In this document: piece after piece, positions 62,324 to 64,000 of the stretch | Layout of the letters: each line of letters starts with the position of its first letter | Position numbering within the stretch: the first letter of the stretch is position 1 | DNA from: Pseudomonadota bacterium | GTDB lineage: Bacteria; Myxococcota; JACRCW01; JAFGSX01 | Direction of reading: 5' to 3' | NCBI GenBank assembly: GCA_043821645.1 | Contig: JBDRCO010000113.1 | Coordinates: forward strand, 1 to 64,000 | Length of the DNA stretch: 64,000 bases | Made by a program: the position numbers and the translations under genes | Notes under the pieces: model-generated | Told to the model about the DNA's origin: nothing | Databases searched by the model: none | The model's input: the letters and a program-made list of their open reading frames with translations, nothing else

Positions 62324-63417
62324 CGCACACCTCCTGTGGTCGTGGGGACGCGAATGCTCCGGCCGTCGACGGCACGCAAGGTCCAGGCATCCTCATCGCG
62401 CGCGATCACACGTCCGGGGTGCAGGCGCACCTTGCCTCCGGCCTCGGGGAGGTCGACCACCAGATCGGGCAAGGCCAACCCAGATACGCGGTCACGCAGT
62501 GTCTCGATGAGCGCCATGGCGCGCTCGAGCGGCACCCGGACATGTGCGCTGCCGCTCACCAGATCACACTGGTGCAGGTAATAGGGGACCACGCGCTGCT
62601 GCAACAGGGCTCTAAAAAGGTTCTCAAGGACCTGGGCGTCGTCGTTGATCCCGCGCAGCAGCACGGTCTGGCTCAGTACAGGCACTCCGGCGTTCACCAA
62701 TCGACCCAGAGCGCCCGCCACCTCCGCATCCAGTTCCACAGCATGGTTGATATGCACGAGCACAAACAGAGGCTGCGCCCGCCTGAGCACACCGACCAGA
62801 CGCGCCGTGATACGCCTCGGCACGAACACCGGCAGCCGCGTGCCGAGCCGGATCACCTCGACGTGACGCAGGGTCCGCAGCTCTCGCAGCAGCAGCTCGA
62901 GACGACGGTCGTCGAGCATGAGCGGATCGCCCCCGGACAGGATGACCTCCCGGATCTCATCGTGGGCATGCAGGTACTCGAGGGCCGCATCGAGACGGGG
63001 TGGCGGCGTACCCGCCAGCCGCGCACGCGTGCAGAAACGGCAATAGGCCGCACACGTGCCGGTGACGAGGAGCAGGGCCCGATCAGGATAGCGGTGCACC
63101 AGCCCGGGCACGGGCATGTGCTGCAGCTCGGCCAGGGGATCCCCGTGCTCCCCTTCTGCCACCGCGAGTTCCGCCATGCGCGGGATGAGCTGCCGGCGCA
63201 GGGGATGGTCGCGATCGGCCCGGGGCAGGTGGCGCAGCACATGGGGGGTCAGCGCCAGCGCGCGGGCTCCATGCAAGCTCCGTATCGCCGCGCGCTCGTC
63301 ATCATCGAGATCGAGGTGCCGCTCCAGACCCGCCAGGTCGGTGACCACGCGGGCGAGTTCCCGCTGCCAGGGGGACGGAGGGGTGCGGCGATGACTCCGG
63401 CGAAGGGCGCTGTGCAC
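62320..63417 (-). CDS. KamA-family radical SAM amino-acid 2,3-aminomutase
   Basis: HRYPDRAL, CAAYCRFC, SGGDPL, QTVLLRGIND, PYYLHQCD, GGK (PLP Lys). Confidence 0.9.
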   Translation of the reverse strand: MHSALRRSHRRTPPSPWQRELARVVTDLAGLERHLDLDDDERAAIRSLHGARALALTPHVLRHLPRADRDHPLRRQLIPRMAELAVAEGEHGDPLAELQHMPVPGLVHRYPDRALLLVTGTCAAYCRFCTRARLAGTPPPRLDAALEYLHAHDEIREVILSGGDPLMLDDRRLELLLRELRTLRHVEVIRLGTRLPVFVPRRITARLVGVLRRAQPLFVLVHINHAVELDAEVAGALGRLVNAGVPVLSQTVLLRGINDDAQVLENLFRALLQQRVVPYYLHQCDLVSGSAHVRVPLERAMALIETLRDRVSGLALPDLVVDLPEAGGKVRLHPGRVIARDEDAWTLRAVDGRSIRVPTTTGGVR

Positions 63418-63702
63418 GTTGAGCCTCGCGCGGGGCCTGAGGCCCCATCGACAGCCCCCTGAAGACGGCGATGCCCCGGCAGCAGAGACCAGCCGGGTAG
63501 CGCCATGTTCGAATCACCCGCCGGAACCCTCGATTTTCCTGCGCGGGACGCGGCTGTACCATCAATCCTCGCGCAGAGGAACAGCTTATGCCCGGGCGGG
63601 GAGAGACCTCCACCTTCGAATGGGAGAGCGGTGTGGGAACGCGCACTGCGATGAGGACGCGGAGCTCGGGTCAGCGGAGAGAAGCGGCGATTCGCGGTTG
63701 GC

Positions 63703-64000
63703 TCACGGAGTGAAGGTCTGACAGCTTGCCTTGTTGCCGTCCCCTGCGGTGATGGTGACGGCGTACTCGGTGCCGACCTCCAGGGTCTTGGCCACACCCT
63801 CGGCCTCCAGTGCCCCGGTGGGCACGGTGCCGTAGGTCACCGGTGACGGGAAGGGAGATCCCGACATGCTCAGGGTCCACTGCCGCTCGGTGGTCTCGGG
63901 GAACTTGGTCACGGCCAGGCCTGCGGCATCGCCATCCCAGGAGATCTCGGGTGTGATACCCGAACCCACGGTGACCGCAAAATCACCTTCGCACCCCGTG
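63703..64000 (-). CDS. Partial small lipoprotein (start lies beyond the window)
   Basis: Frame open to the window edge: ...TGCEGDFAVTVGSG... Confidence 0.55.
   Translation of the reverse strand, partial: TGCEGDFAVTVGSGITPEISWDGDAAGLAVTKFPETTERQWTLSMSGSPFPSPVTYGTVPTGALEAEGVAKTLEVGTEYAVTITAGDGNKASCQTFTP

Overview
High-GC chromosomal window, most consistent with a myxobacterium-like deltaproteobacterium (inferred from two eukaryote-like Ser/Thr kinases, a thrombospondin-repeat lipoprotein and an IPT/TIG lipoprotein). It holds about 50 densely packed CDSs. Housekeeping genes include coaBC, coaD, rsmD, miaA, dapF, aspS, scpA/meaB and cobB. Transporters include a heterodimeric ABC exporter, an SSS symporter, NhaC, a FadL-type channel and a porin. 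Signalling genes include kinases, two-component proteins and cNMP, EAL and GGDEF proteins. No rRNA, tRNA, CRISPR array or mobile element was recognised. Highlights: (1) a translationally coupled four-gene operon of a KamA-like radical SAM aminomutase, a cysteine hydrolase, a CxxC-less TrxR-fold reductase and an RlmN-like radical SAM that lacks the resolving Cys; (2) a candidate ~200-nt structured non-coding RNA behind a near-consensus sigma70 promoter in the only large AT-rich intergenic region; (3) a sensor kinase frameshifted at a C11 tract (phase variation or sequencing error); (4) apparent pseudoenzymes (an FBA-II-like protein, and GlpA/GlpB-like proteins without GlpC). All functional calls come from motifs recognised by eye; no database searches were run.
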